The notes beneath the pieces are model-generated. The model saw only the letters and a list, made by a program, of their open reading frames with translations. It did not search any database and was not told where the DNA came from. The position numbers and the translations under genes were made by a program. From a virus, in the IMG/VR virus record IMGVR_UViG_3300010883_008292, positions 1 to 64,000 of that record: a stretch of 64,000 nt of DNA. The stretch is one strand, 5' to 3'. Of this stretch, positions 1-9,520 are shown piece by piece (the stretch's first letter is position 1; each line of letters starts with the position of its first letter).

Positions 1-10
1 TAAAGCCGTA

Positions 11-715
11 ATGGAAGAGTTTGGAGAAGCGGTTGTTGATGCTAATACCGCAGAAGGTGTACAAAGAAGAGACGATCATATAAAAAGGCGCATGCAACGT
101 AAAGAGTCTGAAGCAGTTAGACGCAAACAGGAGATGTTGTTCGGGGCCAAACTAGAGGCATACGAAATTCCTTTAATTAAAGGTTCTAAAAACAACGCAA
201 TGAAAAAGTTGATTCGTAAGGCCAAGTCTCCATTAGAGGTACATACATTAGCATCTATACTATTAAAAGAAGAATTGGTGCGCTCCGGAGCAATACCGAT
301 TTATAAACCTTCTGATCTAGATGAAATGTTATTAGATAAAAGTATCAACGAGGTCTTTGATTCTCACTTTTCTAACTTGTTAACCTATTCAAGATTCTAC
401 CATGAATTTGAAGGAGTCCATGTAGATATATGGTATGATAAATTATCACATAGAATAGGCCAACATGTTTGGAGAGAAAATACTGTTTATAAACTGCTCA
501 AAGATCAAAAGAAAGATACAAAATTTAAGAAGTCAAATGTAGAGGTTGTTGTTGAAGATGTCGTCTTATATAAAGATAAAAACATGACAGATGCTAATTT
601 AGTTTATGCAAAAGAATTAAAGGTTGGAGATATGTTCCTTTACGATAATCAGATATTGTCTCTACATGAAGATGAAGCAGGCTTGAAGACGGCGCCCAAT
701 GCCAGAAGTAAATAG
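11..715 (+). CDS. hypothetical protein, possibly 5'-truncated; C-terminal ~83 aa domain is duplicated in the next gene
   Basis: Frame is open from the window edge. The segment EFEGVHVDIWYD...YAKELKVGD is shared with ORF 699..1895. Confidence 0.6.
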   Translation: MEEFGEAVVDANTAEGVQRRDDHIKRRMQRKESEAVRRKQEMLFGAKLEAYEIPLIKGSKNNAMKKLIRKAKSPLEVHTLASILLKEELVRSGAIPIYKPSDLDEMLLDKSINEVFDSHFSNLLTYSRFYHEFEGVHVDIWYDKLSHRIGQHVWRENTVYKLLKDQKKDTKFKKSNVEVVVEDVVLYKDKNMTDANLVYAKELKVGDMFLYDNQILSLHEDEAGLKTAPNARSK

Positions 716-1070
716 AAAACAAGCAGTTTTTGGCCAGTTCGGTCAACAGCAAATACTTAAAGATAAAGAGTTTAAGAAAAGATTAGACTCTTTACACACT
801 ACCCCAGGCACACCTGTCCAGGAATTTGAAGGAGTCCATGTAGATATATGGTATGACAACCTATCACATCTAACTGGACAACATGTTTGGATAGATAATA
901 AAGTCTATAGTCTATTAAAAGATCAAGACGAAAACACAAACTTTGATTTAGAAAATGCAAAGCTAATTGTGGAAAATGTTTTGTTATATGAAGACAGAAA
1001 CATGACAGATGCTAAGTTAGAGTATGCAAAAGAATTAAAAGTAGGTGATTTATTTCTTTACAATAATAGT
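404..1070 (+). repeat. domain-sized direct repeat (approx. 404-655 and 822-1070)
   Basis: 35 bp identical core gaatttgaaggagtccatgtagatatatggtatga at 404 and 822, with further shared blocks (aacatgacagatgctaa, tatgcaaaagaattaaa). Confidence 0.9.
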
Positions 1071-1895
1071 TTATTCTCTTTACCATTAGAGTTTGAAGGC
1101 AGACCAGATGTTAAAAAGGTTTATGTAGTAGAAGAACTTAATAATTTATGGCTCCGTCCAGCGATGGAGATAGTTGGCACAGATAATTTTCCAGATAATG
1201 GTTTTGTTATTGCAGCATCATGCCACGAAAGATTTTATACAGCAGCAATAGATCTTGCAGAGTCTATTAAACTCTTCTGGCCAGAGGCACACATAACTAT
1301 TTTTGTATCACACAAAGAATGGATTAAAGAAGAACACTATCAACATGCAGATTGGATAGAGTCTTGGGGAGTACCTAATCATATTAGAGCTAAACTTTGG
1401 GCTTTATCATGTACACCATATAGAGGAAAGACTTGTTATTTAGATGCCGATATGGTTTGTGAACACGAAGATATAGAAAATGTATTTGATCAACTACCAG
1501 ATGATTTAGATTTACTGTTTACAAAAATAAGACCATACAACGCAAAACTAACTAAGTTATCTAACACAGAAGAAATGACAGCCCATTGTGGAATGTTTAT
1601 ATACAGAAACAATCCGCAGACAATTAAATTAATGGACTCTTGGTATGGCCATTACTTATGGCAACAAGATCAAAGGAATGATATAGGATCTTATCCTATT
1701 GAGGCTAGGAAGTGGGACACCTTTACAATGTGGAACCTATTAACGTATAGTGATCACGGTGTTAAATGGGAAGAAGACCTACATGTCAAATGGAATTTTG
1801 TAAACGGCCATCACCCAGACGAACTGGAAGGTGAAGAGATAGTTTTATATCATTACACTATTCCTGAACATGAGTTATATTTAAAATATAAATGA
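699..1895 (+). CDS. GT-A-type glycosyltransferase with an N-terminal duplicated domain
   Basis: RAKLWAL...TCYLDADM (DxD), HCGMFIY, KWNF and late HYT motifs typical of nucleotide-diphospho-sugar transferases. Confidence 0.7.
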   Translation: MPEVNRKQAVFGQFGQQQILKDKEFKKRLDSLHTTPGTPVQEFEGVHVDIWYDNLSHLTGQHVWIDNKVYSLLKDQDENTNFDLENAKLIVENVLLYEDRNMTDAKLEYAKELKVGDLFLYNNSLFSLPLEFEGRPDVKKVYVVEELNNLWLRPAMEIVGTDNFPDNGFVIAASCHERFYTAAIDLAESIKLFWPEAHITIFVSHKEWIKEEHYQHADWIESWGVPNHIRAKLWALSCTPYRGKTCYLDADMVCEHEDIENVFDQLPDDLDLLFTKIRPYNAKLTKLSNTEEMTAHCGMFIYRNNPQTIKLMDSWYGHYLWQQDQRNDIGSYPIEARKWDTFTMWNLLTYSDHGVKWEEDLHVKWNFVNGHHPDELEGEEIVLYHYTIPEHELYLKYK

Positions 1896-2545
1896 TTTTT
1901 ACTAAGGTATCAGATGAATTATTAGAAATGTTGGAGCCATATTCAGATTGGTTTTTCCAACAAGACTTATCTCCTTTAGAAGAATTGGCAACAAAGAATC
2001 CAAAAAACGATCCTTTGCATCAAATCGGCTGGGCCACTTCTCAAGAATATTTAAACGATATTGTAGCTAAAGATGGAGCACATGAAGGGTATCCAGAAAT
2101 TTCTTATAGTTATGATTTACAAGCAAGAGAACACTCAAAACATTTTCAGGACAAATACCAAACCTTTTCTACAAACCTATGTAGTTTCTTAGGGGCTAGA
2201 AATGAGGCAGTCCATGTGTTTTATCCTAAACAAGGTTTCATGAGTTGGCACAATAATTGGAACGCTCATGGTTACAACATATTATTATCTTATTCAGAAC
2301 ATGGAAGGGGTTGGTTTAAATATAGAGATCCCAAAACACATGAAGTTATCCATATGCCAGACCCAGGTGGTTGGTCTTGCAAGGTAGGATACTATGGCAG
2401 AGGTAGAGAACCCGATAAAGTTTACTATCATTGCGCAGGAACTGAAGAACCCAGGCTTACTTTAGGGTATGTCATACCCCATTTAGGACTCTGGCAGTCC
2501 ATGATCTCCGATATATCTGGCGAATCCGCCGAACACTTCTCCTAA
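1892..2545 (+). CDS. putative 2OG-Fe(II) oxygenase / cupin-fold protein
   Basis: GFMSWHNN...YYHCA...RLTLGY pattern: His, distal His and Arg. Confidence 0.5.
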   Translation: MIFTKVSDELLEMLEPYSDWFFQQDLSPLEELATKNPKNDPLHQIGWATSQEYLNDIVAKDGAHEGYPEISYSYDLQAREHSKHFQDKYQTFSTNLCSFLGARNEAVHVFYPKQGFMSWHNNWNAHGYNILLSYSEHGRGWFKYRDPKTHEVIHMPDPGGWSCKVGYYGRGREPDKVYYHCAGTEEPRLTLGYVIPHLGLWQSMISDISGESAEHFS

Positions 2546-2652
2546 GTCCTTGATCTTACAAAAAGAGTGATCGTTCAAGCGAGAAATCGCTTGATTTATG
2601 GTTCTAGAAATCGTATAATAGTAGTATAAACAATAAGAAGTGAGGACTTTAA
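2543..2652 (+). promoter_or_regulatory. repeated early promoter/leader module, copy 1
   Basis: TTGATT(2591)-N17-TATAAT(2614), then the leader agtagtataaacaataagaagtgaggacttt, identical to the copies at 46.4 and 48.9 kb. Confidence 0.9.
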
Positions 2653-2976
2653 ATGAAATACACAGACTATATAGCACAAGAGATTAAACAAATCCTTGTG
2701 GCTTGTACCAAACAAGCACAATTAGCACACAGCTTTTACAGAACACCAGACGGACCAATCCTAAAGGATGTAGGTAAAGTCAATTTTGGTGAATCAAACT
2801 ACGCTGTAGGACCATTAACAAAGACAATATATGTTTCAGATACTTTTGGAAACAGATACAAAGTGTCAGTAGAAGATTTAAAGAATGTTAAAGGCTTTGG
2901 CTGGATAACACACAAAGAAGCAGACAAGTATGATCTTGTTTATGATAGAGAAGAAGGTAGATATAATGTTAAATAA
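2653..2976 (+). CDS. hypothetical early protein
   Basis: ORF directly behind the promoter module, with a GAGGA SD. Confidence 0.75.
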   Translation: MKYTDYIAQEIKQILVACTKQAQLAHSFYRTPDGPILKDVGKVNFGESNYAVGPLTKTIYVSDTFGNRYKVSVEDLKNVKGFGWITHKEADKYDLVYDREEGRYNVK

Positions 2977-3391
2977 CAAGGCAATCATCGTTGATGTAGA
3001 CGGAACAATTGCACACAGGGTGGGAGACAATCCTAGAGACCCTTACGATATGACTAGAGTAGTAGAAGACGAATACGATCCAATCATTGGAGGTATTACT
3101 CAAATTTATAGAGAAGCAGGATTTGATATTATTGTTGTTTCAGCTAGGACTGAAGAAGCAAGAGAAGGAACTGTTGAATTTTTACATAACAATAACTTTA
3201 AATATGATGCCTTGTTTATGAGGAAAAACAAAGATAACAGACAGGACGCTATAGTTAAAACAGAAATATTTCAAAATGATATTGAATTCAGATGGGACGT
3301 TGAATTTGTTTTAGATGACAGAGATCAAACTGTAGAGGCATGGAGAGCTTTAGGATTAAAAACGTTGCAAGTAGCAACAGGAGACTTTTAA
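2966..3391 (+). CDS. HAD-family 3'-phosphatase (PseT/polynucleotide kinase phosphatase domain)
   Basis: IIVDVDGTIA, VSAR, and FVLDDRDQTVEAWRALGLKTLQVATGDF C-terminus. Confidence 0.85.
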   Translation: MLNNKAIIVDVDGTIAHRVGDNPRDPYDMTRVVEDEYDPIIGGITQIYREAGFDIIVVSARTEEAREGTVEFLHNNNFKYDALFMRKNKDNRQDAIVKTEIFQNDIEFRWDVEFVLDDRDQTVEAWRALGLKTLQVATGDF

Positions 3392-3622
3392 ATGACACAA
3401 AGAAGAATGACATACGACGGATTAGCACAAGCAATAGCTGATGAAGTCAATGAGGACATTAGATTTAGTAACAACTTATCTGATGGTGATACTTACAATG
3501 ATCAAATCATAGAACAAATGGTAATGGATAAAGCTAGTGAGGAAACTCCTGATTATCTAGATCATTATGATGTAGCTTCTAAAGCTTTAGAAATGATTGA
3601 TTACGACGCGGTGGTATCATAA
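3392..3622 (+). CDS. hypothetical acidic protein
   Basis: Abuts the previous gene; GGAG SD upstream. Confidence 0.6.
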   Translation: MTQRRMTYDGLAQAIADEVNEDIRFSNNLSDGDTYNDQIIEQMVMDKASEETPDYLDHYDVASKALEMIDYDAVVS

Positions 3623-3623
3623 T

Positions 3624-4106
3624 ATGTGTAAAATAAGAAATAATAAACCTTTAGTAGGAGCTTTATCAAGCGTTGGATTTGAAATAGCCTTAGAGAATGG
3701 CAAATCGATAAGAGAGGAGAATCCTATCTTTGTAAATAAAGCTGGTGATTTTTTTAAAATAGAAAAAATAACACCTTCTAAACCTAAGAAACAGAAATAT
3801 CACAATCTATCTGTTTCTGAATATGGAAAAGTTAAAACTATAAAAGCACATAAAATAATGATGCATACTTTTGTTGGAACTCCTAATGAATGGCTACAAA
3901 ACAAGACACCTGAAGGTGTGCCTGAGAAGGAGTGGAAAAACGCATCTAAAGAAATGAAAAAGAGTATTTTAAAATTGTTAGCTCAAAATGCTATTGACAT
4001 AGATCATATAAATCCAGTATCTAATGACAGTAGTGATAAAGCTTATAGGTTAGACAACTTACAATACATGTTATCTTCGAAGAATAATAAGAAAGGTGGT
4101 AACTAA
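3624..4106 (+). CDS. free-standing HNH endonuclease
   Basis: AHKIMMHTFVG...IDHINP...DNLQYMLSSKNNKK. Confidence 0.75.
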   Translation: MCKIRNNKPLVGALSSVGFEIALENGKSIREENPIFVNKAGDFFKIEKITPSKPKKQKYHNLSVSEYGKVKTIKAHKIMMHTFVGTPNEWLQNKTPEGVPEKEWKNASKEMKKSILKLLAQNAIDIDHINPVSNDSSDKAYRLDNLQYMLSSKNNKKGGN

Positions 4107-4775
4107 CTACTTAGTACCGATAGCCATAAACCTATCGTAATAAACCTTTCCATTCCAATCATAATAAAACTGTTTGACTTTACCCGTGTAGGTCGTATCT
4201 TTTAGGCCTACATTTTCAATCAATTTCTTTTCACTATCCACACAATTAATTCCATACATCTCTTCTATAACGTTAGAAGATTGGCAAGCAAATATTGCAT
4301 GTTTGTTTGCTGTCCTCAGATCGTTTAGTGGATACATCTGTTCAGCACCCATAGTAATTACTATATCTACTTTCAGTTGATTTAACTCATCAAAAGCGAA
4401 AGGAATATCTAAGTTCCAATGATTTATTTTGATGTATTCTTCTGCGATATAATGCTTATTAAACACCTTAGAGAGCTCTAAAGCTTCTTTATCTATGTCA
4501 ACTAGGTGCAATTCTCCCACGGACAAGTTCTCACATAGTAACGGAACTAAAGGCACTCCTAACCAGCTGTTTAATACAAGAATATTAAATTGCTCGTCTT
4601 TTAAATAGTTATCTAAACTCTTCTTAAGCTCTTCAACTAACCAAATAGCTCCTTCCATAGTATTAGGACTAAGAGCTTGCCTAAAGTCGTCGTGCTTGTG
4701 TTTCATTTCGTGCTCAACTTTGGCGAGACCTTCTCCCCAATATTGCATACTGTTTAAAAAATTAAAATTTAACAT
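4107..4775 (-). CDS. putative class I SAM-dependent methyltransferase-fold protein
   Basis: ILVLNSWLG (degenerate motif I), LHLVDIDKEA (motif II acidic residue), DIVIT. Confidence 0.5.
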   Translation of the reverse strand: MLNFNFLNSMQYWGEGLAKVEHEMKHKHDDFRQALSPNTMEGAIWLVEELKKSLDNYLKDEQFNILVLNSWLGVPLVPLLCENLSVGELHLVDIDKEALELSKVFNKHYIAEEYIKINHWNLDIPFAFDELNQLKVDIVITMGAEQMYPLNDLRTANKHAIFACQSSNVIEEMYGINCVDSEKKLIENVGLKDTTYTGKVKQFYYDWNGKVYYDRFMAIGTK

Positions 4776-5451
4776 CTTCTTTCCTTCCCATTGAATCAAA
4801 TAAACAGACGTATGGTATTTGCCTGTAAACTTGTGTTTCTACATCATGAGGAAATATGTACCCATGATTGTAACTATAAAACCATCCTATAGGAAAGTAT
4901 TTAATTCTTGCCACGCCTTTGTGGCTAAAGAAATTATCTATTCCCCGATAGTACCATAAGATTTTATCTATATGTGTTTTAAAATAAAGAGTTATATTCT
5001 CTTTATCTAAGTTATCATTCCATCTTAATATACTAGAATTAAGTTCTGTATATCTATGTGGAATGTGTTCTGTTTCTATCTTCATTGTATCTAAATCGTG
5101 CCAATGTGTTTGGCCAAAGCATAAACAATCCTCTGGATCAAAGTTGACAAGATCATCTATATTCTTTTGGATAATAATATCTAAGTCAAAGAATAAATTA
5201 TCTCCTTTCTTCCTCACGACATTATCATCAAACAAGTACATCTTATTCCACCACTTTTCTAACTTGTTATTTTTTGGTAGCGGTATAACAGTAATTCCTT
5301 TATCAAGTCCTTTAGGACTTTCTGTTAAGCAATGGAACGTAAATTTATAACTTAAATGTTCTTTACACGATTCCAATATTTTATTGACATGGTGTGAAGA
5401 GTATTTCGTACCCCATTTAACAGTATAGATATTTAAATGTTCTATGTGCAT
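4762..5451 (-). CDS. glycosyltransferase (GT-A, KWGxKY/FDLD family)
   Basis: VKWGTKYS, WWNKMYLF, FFDLDIII, NSSILRW. Confidence 0.8.
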   Translation of the reverse strand: MHIEHLNIYTVKWGTKYSSHHVNKILESCKEHLSYKFTFHCLTESPKGLDKGITVIPLPKNNKLEKWWNKMYLFDDNVVRKKGDNLFFDLDIIIQKNIDDLVNFDPEDCLCFGQTHWHDLDTMKIETEHIPHRYTELNSSILRWNDNLDKENITLYFKTHIDKILWYYRGIDNFFSHKGVARIKYFPIGWFYSYNHGYIFPHDVETQVYRQIPYVCLFDSMGRKEDVKF

Positions 5452-5455
5452 ATAT

Positions 5456-6268
5456 TTATTGCCAATGCTTCAGTAAGTTAGGATCAACTAACTCATTCTG
5501 TTTAACTTTTCCTCTGTCAGGTGTAGGTTGTGGTAGTAGGTCTATATTAAAGACACAAAGGATAGGCGTTTCCCTATAAATTTTTGTTTCTAAATCGTCA
5601 TCGTCCCAACTACGGCCTCGGTTATACGAGTAAGCATAGTCTGCTGGGAAGTGATCCCATAATTTTTTACCCCAATCACCCCACCGCCAGGAATGATAAT
5701 TGTCTGTTCCGTCTGTAAATGTAAACCAAATCTTTTCTTGGTTTTCTAATACATCATGCCATATACATTCTGCTTGATCGTCGCTCCACACTTGGCAACT
5801 GCCATTAGTGTATGCTCCATGTGATAGTTTAAATTTTCTAGTCTTCATTGGGCGGGGATCTTGCCACCAAGACCTTAGCTTGGTAGGCCTTTCCATATTG
5901 TAAGTAATCAAAGGCTCTATATCATTCTGTATTATAACATCTAAATCGAAGAATATAAAACGCCCTGTAGGTTTGTCCTCAGCAAAGTTATGAGTATTGA
6001 ATACCATTGTCTTAGGCCTGTCCCAACATCTAGCCATGCCATACTTAAAGTCGTCTTTCTGAAACCAATACTTGGGGTGTATGTTTGGAATGTCTGGAAA
6101 AGGAATTACCTTTATATCATCATCAAATCCTTCGGCATCATCTGTATAACAATAGAAATGGAAATCGTGTTTAGGATCTGTATTCCTTCTTGCCATATTT
6201 TTTAATCTGTTTACAAAATGAGGACCATATTTTGTACCCCATTTTGAACATACAATATTAACTCTCAT
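5456..6268 (-). CDS. glycosyltransferase (GT-A, KWGxKY/FDLD family)
   Basis: CSKWGTKYG, CWDRPK, FFDLDVII, YSYNRG. Start moved to MRVNI at 6268. Confidence 0.8.
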   Translation of the reverse strand: MRVNIVCSKWGTKYGPHFVNRLKNMARRNTDPKHDFHFYCYTDDAEGFDDDIKVIPFPDIPNIHPKYWFQKDDFKYGMARCWDRPKTMVFNTHNFAEDKPTGRFIFFDLDVIIQNDIEPLITYNMERPTKLRSWWQDPRPMKTRKFKLSHGAYTNGSCQVWSDDQAECIWHDVLENQEKIWFTFTDGTDNYHSWRWGDWGKKLWDHFPADYAYSYNRGRSWDDDDLETKIYRETPILCVFNIDLLPQPTPDRGKVKQNELVDPNLLKHWQ

Positions 6269-6392
6269 TTTTCTCTCCACAGTGGGGGCAATATAATTTT
6301 TTAGGAACCCACTCATCCATAACTGCTATACTCCAAAACCCATTACAAGCGTTACAAGTAAAATGCCAGATGATTTCTTTACTAACTTTCAT
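6258..6392 (-). CDS. 44-aa zinc-ribbon protein (not in the ORF track)
   Basis: Manual translation MKVSKEIIWHFTCNACNGFWSIAVMDEWVPKKLYCPHCGEKNES; CxxC...CPHC; overlaps both neighbours by 11 nt. Confidence 0.75.
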   Translation of the reverse strand: MKVSKEIIWHFTCNACNGFWSIAVMDEWVPKKLYCPHCGEKNES

Positions 6393-6597
6393 TGGCAGCC
6401 CTTGCTATTACATAGTCAGTAGCATATTGTATTCCTTCATCTGCCAAAGCAGACACTACTTCCATGCACTTAACATCAAATTGTTTTATGTCGATGTGTA
6501 TTATTAGTGTTGAAAAATCTGAGTTTTTAACTATCTTAATATATTGGTTATCACTAAATATTCCTTCTATCACAGTTCCATTTTTTACTTTTAACAT
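6382..6597 (-). CDS. hypothetical protein
   Basis: Overlaps both neighbours in the operon; GGAAGG SD. Confidence 0.6.
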   Translation of the reverse strand: MLKVKNGTVIEGIFSDNQYIKIVKNSDFSTLIIHIDIKQFDVKCMEVVSALADEGIQYATDYVIARAANES

Positions 6598-8129
6598 ATT
6601 CCTTCCTGTTCATTCCATATTACTGTTGGATTCAATTTTAATAAATTATTAAAGTACCCTTTATAAAAATCATTAGTAAATATAGTTTCTAAATTATTAT
6701 TATTAATATTATTCTTATCCCAATCATATAACAAATCTGTTTTATGTTCGGGAGAGGCGTGTGCTGTTGCAACGTTTAACGCTACATGTTTACACGGGAA
6801 AACATTTCCTTTAGCATCTAAGTAAAATTGGTTTTTAACTTTACCTTCGCATTCAACGTGTGGACTAAAAACTATTTTTCTTTCTTTATATATGTCGTCC
6901 TGTTGAACTGTTTTTAGTGTGTGAAAATCTATAAGACTATAGTCAGGCATTTCTTTTTTAATCTTCTTCTTCTTAGTTTTAACTTCTTCTTTCATTTCAT
7001 TTTTATATATGAAGCCAGTGAAGTTATATTTTTTAGATAGGACTTTAGCTTTCTTTAAATCATCTACTTGAGATAGATGTGTTTGAGTATAGTGCCAAAA
7101 TACTCTACAGCCTTGCTTTATTAATTGATCAGCCCTCTTTATAACATTTTCGTCTGGGTTTGCTGTGTTTATATGAATGGTTATGTTGCCTATATTTTTA
7201 GATCCTTCATCAAACTTATCGTTCCATTGTGAAACAAAATTATTATAGAACAATACGCCTAAATTATTCCACCATATAAGATCATTTTCTTTTGCTTCTG
7301 TTTCTAAATCTATAGCTATGCCCCAGTCAGCCATTAAGTATTGACATATTTCAATTAATTCTGGGTTGGTGGTGGGTTCACCTATAAGTTTAATCCTTTT
7401 AAATTTAGATCTTGTTATAAAGTCAAAGTCAAAGTTTTGTTCTATTAATCTTCTAGTTAAGTGAGTGGTACCATTACTTAATTCCACTTCAACCCTTTCA
7501 GGCAAGTAAGGATATAGATCTGTTTCTCTATTGTAACTTAATTCTAATTGTTCTGGTGTAAAATCTTCATACCAATAAGGCAATACTACAATATCTCCTA
7601 ATGTTTTTTCAGGATAATTGTGGTTAGTATTTTGTATAAAAGAGAAGTCAGGAACTTCATTACTATAAAAGGCATCAGTAAACGAATGGTTTTGAAATGT
7701 CATATCGTCTTCCATGTCATCCCATTTTGTTAATATTTTTTCTACTTGTTCATTACGATTACAGACATAACAGAAGTTACCATCTTCTAATATTAATTTA
7801 TCTATACCTTTAGTCTTATAGTTAAAGAATTCTTTAGGGTTGTTCAGTATAACATTGGGTGTTACAAATAAGGATACATCTCCTGGTTGTGTGTGTTGCA
7901 TTATGTCTATCTCTAACCAGTCTTTTCCATACTTAGGAACATGAAAAGTTATGCCTTGTATATAACCATCTTTCTTTTTAGTGGTTTCTAACAATTTCAT
8001 TTCATCATCGTTGGTAAAGACAATGAAGTCAAAGGGATCTACAATAAGTTTCTTCGCTTGTGTATAAAAAGCGTTTATATGTCGTTGACTATAATTGCTG
8101 TCTAGCTGATTAGCTATTAGTGTTACCAT
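6591..8129 (-). CDS. fusion of a degenerate glycosyltransferase domain and a degenerate radical-SAM/SPASM domain
   Basis: N-terminus parallels the neighbouring GTs (NYSQRHINAFY...FDFIVFTND) but lacks DxD. C-terminal half has IGEPTTNPELIEI and CEGK...FYLDAKGNVFPC but no CxxxCxxC. Confidence 0.6.
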   Translation of the reverse strand: MVTLIANQLDSNYSQRHINAFYTQAKKLIVDPFDFIVFTNDDEMKLLETTKKKDGYIQGITFHVPKYGKDWLEIDIMQHTQPGDVSLFVTPNVILNNPKEFFNYKTKGIDKLILEDGNFCYVCNRNEQVEKILTKWDDMEDDMTFQNHSFTDAFYSNEVPDFSFIQNTNHNYPEKTLGDIVVLPYWYEDFTPEQLELSYNRETDLYPYLPERVEVELSNGTTHLTRRLIEQNFDFDFITRSKFKRIKLIGEPTTNPELIEICQYLMADWGIAIDLETEAKENDLIWWNNLGVLFYNNFVSQWNDKFDEGSKNIGNITIHINTANPDENVIKRADQLIKQGCRVFWHYTQTHLSQVDDLKKAKVLSKKYNFTGFIYKNEMKEEVKTKKKKIKKEMPDYSLIDFHTLKTVQQDDIYKERKIVFSPHVECEGKVKNQFYLDAKGNVFPCKHVALNVATAHASPEHKTDLLYDWDKNNINNNNLETIFTNDFYKGYFNNLLKLNPTVIWNEQEGIC

Positions 8130-8877
8130 GCCAAAGTCTCAAAAGTTTATCATCTTGTAATTCATCTATTTTAATCTGTCCCTTTGCTATCGGATGCGGA
8201 GTTAAATCCGTATTAAATAAACAAAGTTTACAGCTTTCTCTATATTTATGTCGTTCTAAATCGTCGGGAAAACGCATTCCTCTATTGTATGAGTAAGCCC
8301 AATCATAAGGTATGTTGGTCCAGAACTCTCTTTGCCTCCAATAGTGATAGTTATCTGTCCCTTTAAAGAATGTTCTAAAAATTTGTTGCTCTTCTTGTAA
8401 AGCATCCATAAATATATGCTCGCATTGATCCATGTTCCAACACATCATACTAGAATTAAAGTATGTACCACGAATTTCTATAAATTTCCTATCATGTTTA
8501 TGCCTAGGATCTTGCCAAGTGCTATGTATAATTCTAGGTTTTAAAGCTAACTCGTCTAGGTCAGTTATATCATTTTGTATAATAACATCTAGATCGAAGT
8601 AGGTCCATTTCCCTACATAACCAAGCCATTCGTGAGAGTTAAACAAAAGAAACTTAGCTCTATCCCAACAATAGTTTTCTTTTCCGAACCAATACTTAGG
8701 GTGTAGTGGTTCTATGTCTGGTATTTTTTCCGTGGAACACTTTAAACCTTTCGGCTCATCGGTAAAACATGTAAACGTAAAGTCCTTGTGGTAGTTTTCC
8801 TGTACCATACGATACAGGTTATTTACATATTCGGGCGAATATTTAGTGCCCCATTTGATGCAAACAAAGTTCATCAT
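8110..8877 (-). CDS. glycosyltransferase (GT-A, KWGxKY/FDLD family)
   Basis: CIKWGTKYS, CWDRAK, YFDLDVII, FNSSMMCW, YSYNRG. Confidence 0.8.
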   Translation of the reverse strand: MMNFVCIKWGTKYSPEYVNNLYRMVQENYHKDFTFTCFTDEPKGLKCSTEKIPDIEPLHPKYWFGKENYCWDRAKFLLFNSHEWLGYVGKWTYFDLDVIIQNDITDLDELALKPRIIHSTWQDPRHKHDRKFIEIRGTYFNSSMMCWNMDQCEHIFMDALQEEQQIFRTFFKGTDNYHYWRQREFWTNIPYDWAYSYNRGMRFPDDLERHKYRESCKLCLFNTDLTPHPIAKGQIKIDELQDDKLLRLWHGNTNS

Positions 8878-9517
8878 ATTCTTCTTCAATCTCCGGCCAG
8901 TGTGATAGCCCATTTAATATACATATCGAGTATTCAGGTCTGTATTTTCTACCTGAAAACAAATATGAATATACTTCTTTTTCAGGTAAGTGTTCAAAAG
9001 TAAATCCTTCATGATACAAAAATGTATCATCTCCATTAGGATACTTTACTATAAATTCATCTTTTTTCTTATTATAATATTTGTAAATATGTGTGAGGTC
9101 TTCCCAAATCAATACACTTGAGTTAAAATTACTCAATGGAAAGTCTGATCTATAAGGAAAATCGTGGATGTTCATTTGTTTATACCCTTTATCTTTCCAC
9201 CAAGTCCATATTATTAAAGGGGTTCCTTTGTATAGATCAAACAAATGATCAATTGGCTTCTGAATTCTAACGTCTAAGTCTAAATATAGTATGGTTCCTA
9301 AATTATTATGTTTAAATAAATTTAATTTTTCCATACAACCCGGATCGGGTTCGTCTTCCATATAAATAACTTGTATATTAGGATCCAAATCCTTTGGATC
9401 ATCTGTTACACATACATAATTATACTTGCCTTCGGTATGCTCATAGATAGAGTTGACGGCATTCGCATCATATTTGTCACCATACTTTAATGTTAAAATA
9501 GTTTTCATTGTAATCAT
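8843..9517 (-). CDS. glycosyltransferase (GT-A, KYGxKY/LDLD family)
   Basis: LKYGDKY, CVTDD, LYLDLDV, FNSSVLIW, GDDTFL. Alternative start at 9508. Confidence 0.8.
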   Translation of the reverse strand: MITMKTILTLKYGDKYDANAVNSIYEHTEGKYNYVCVTDDPKDLDPNIQVIYMEDEPDPGCMEKLNLFKHNNLGTILYLDLDVRIQKPIDHLFDLYKGTPLIIWTWWKDKGYKQMNIHDFPYRSDFPLSNFNSSVLIWEDLTHIYKYYNKKKDEFIVKYPNGDDTFLYHEGFTFEHLPEKEVYSYLFSGRKYRPEYSICILNGLSHWPEIEEEYDELCLHQMGH

Positions 9518-9520
9518 TAA

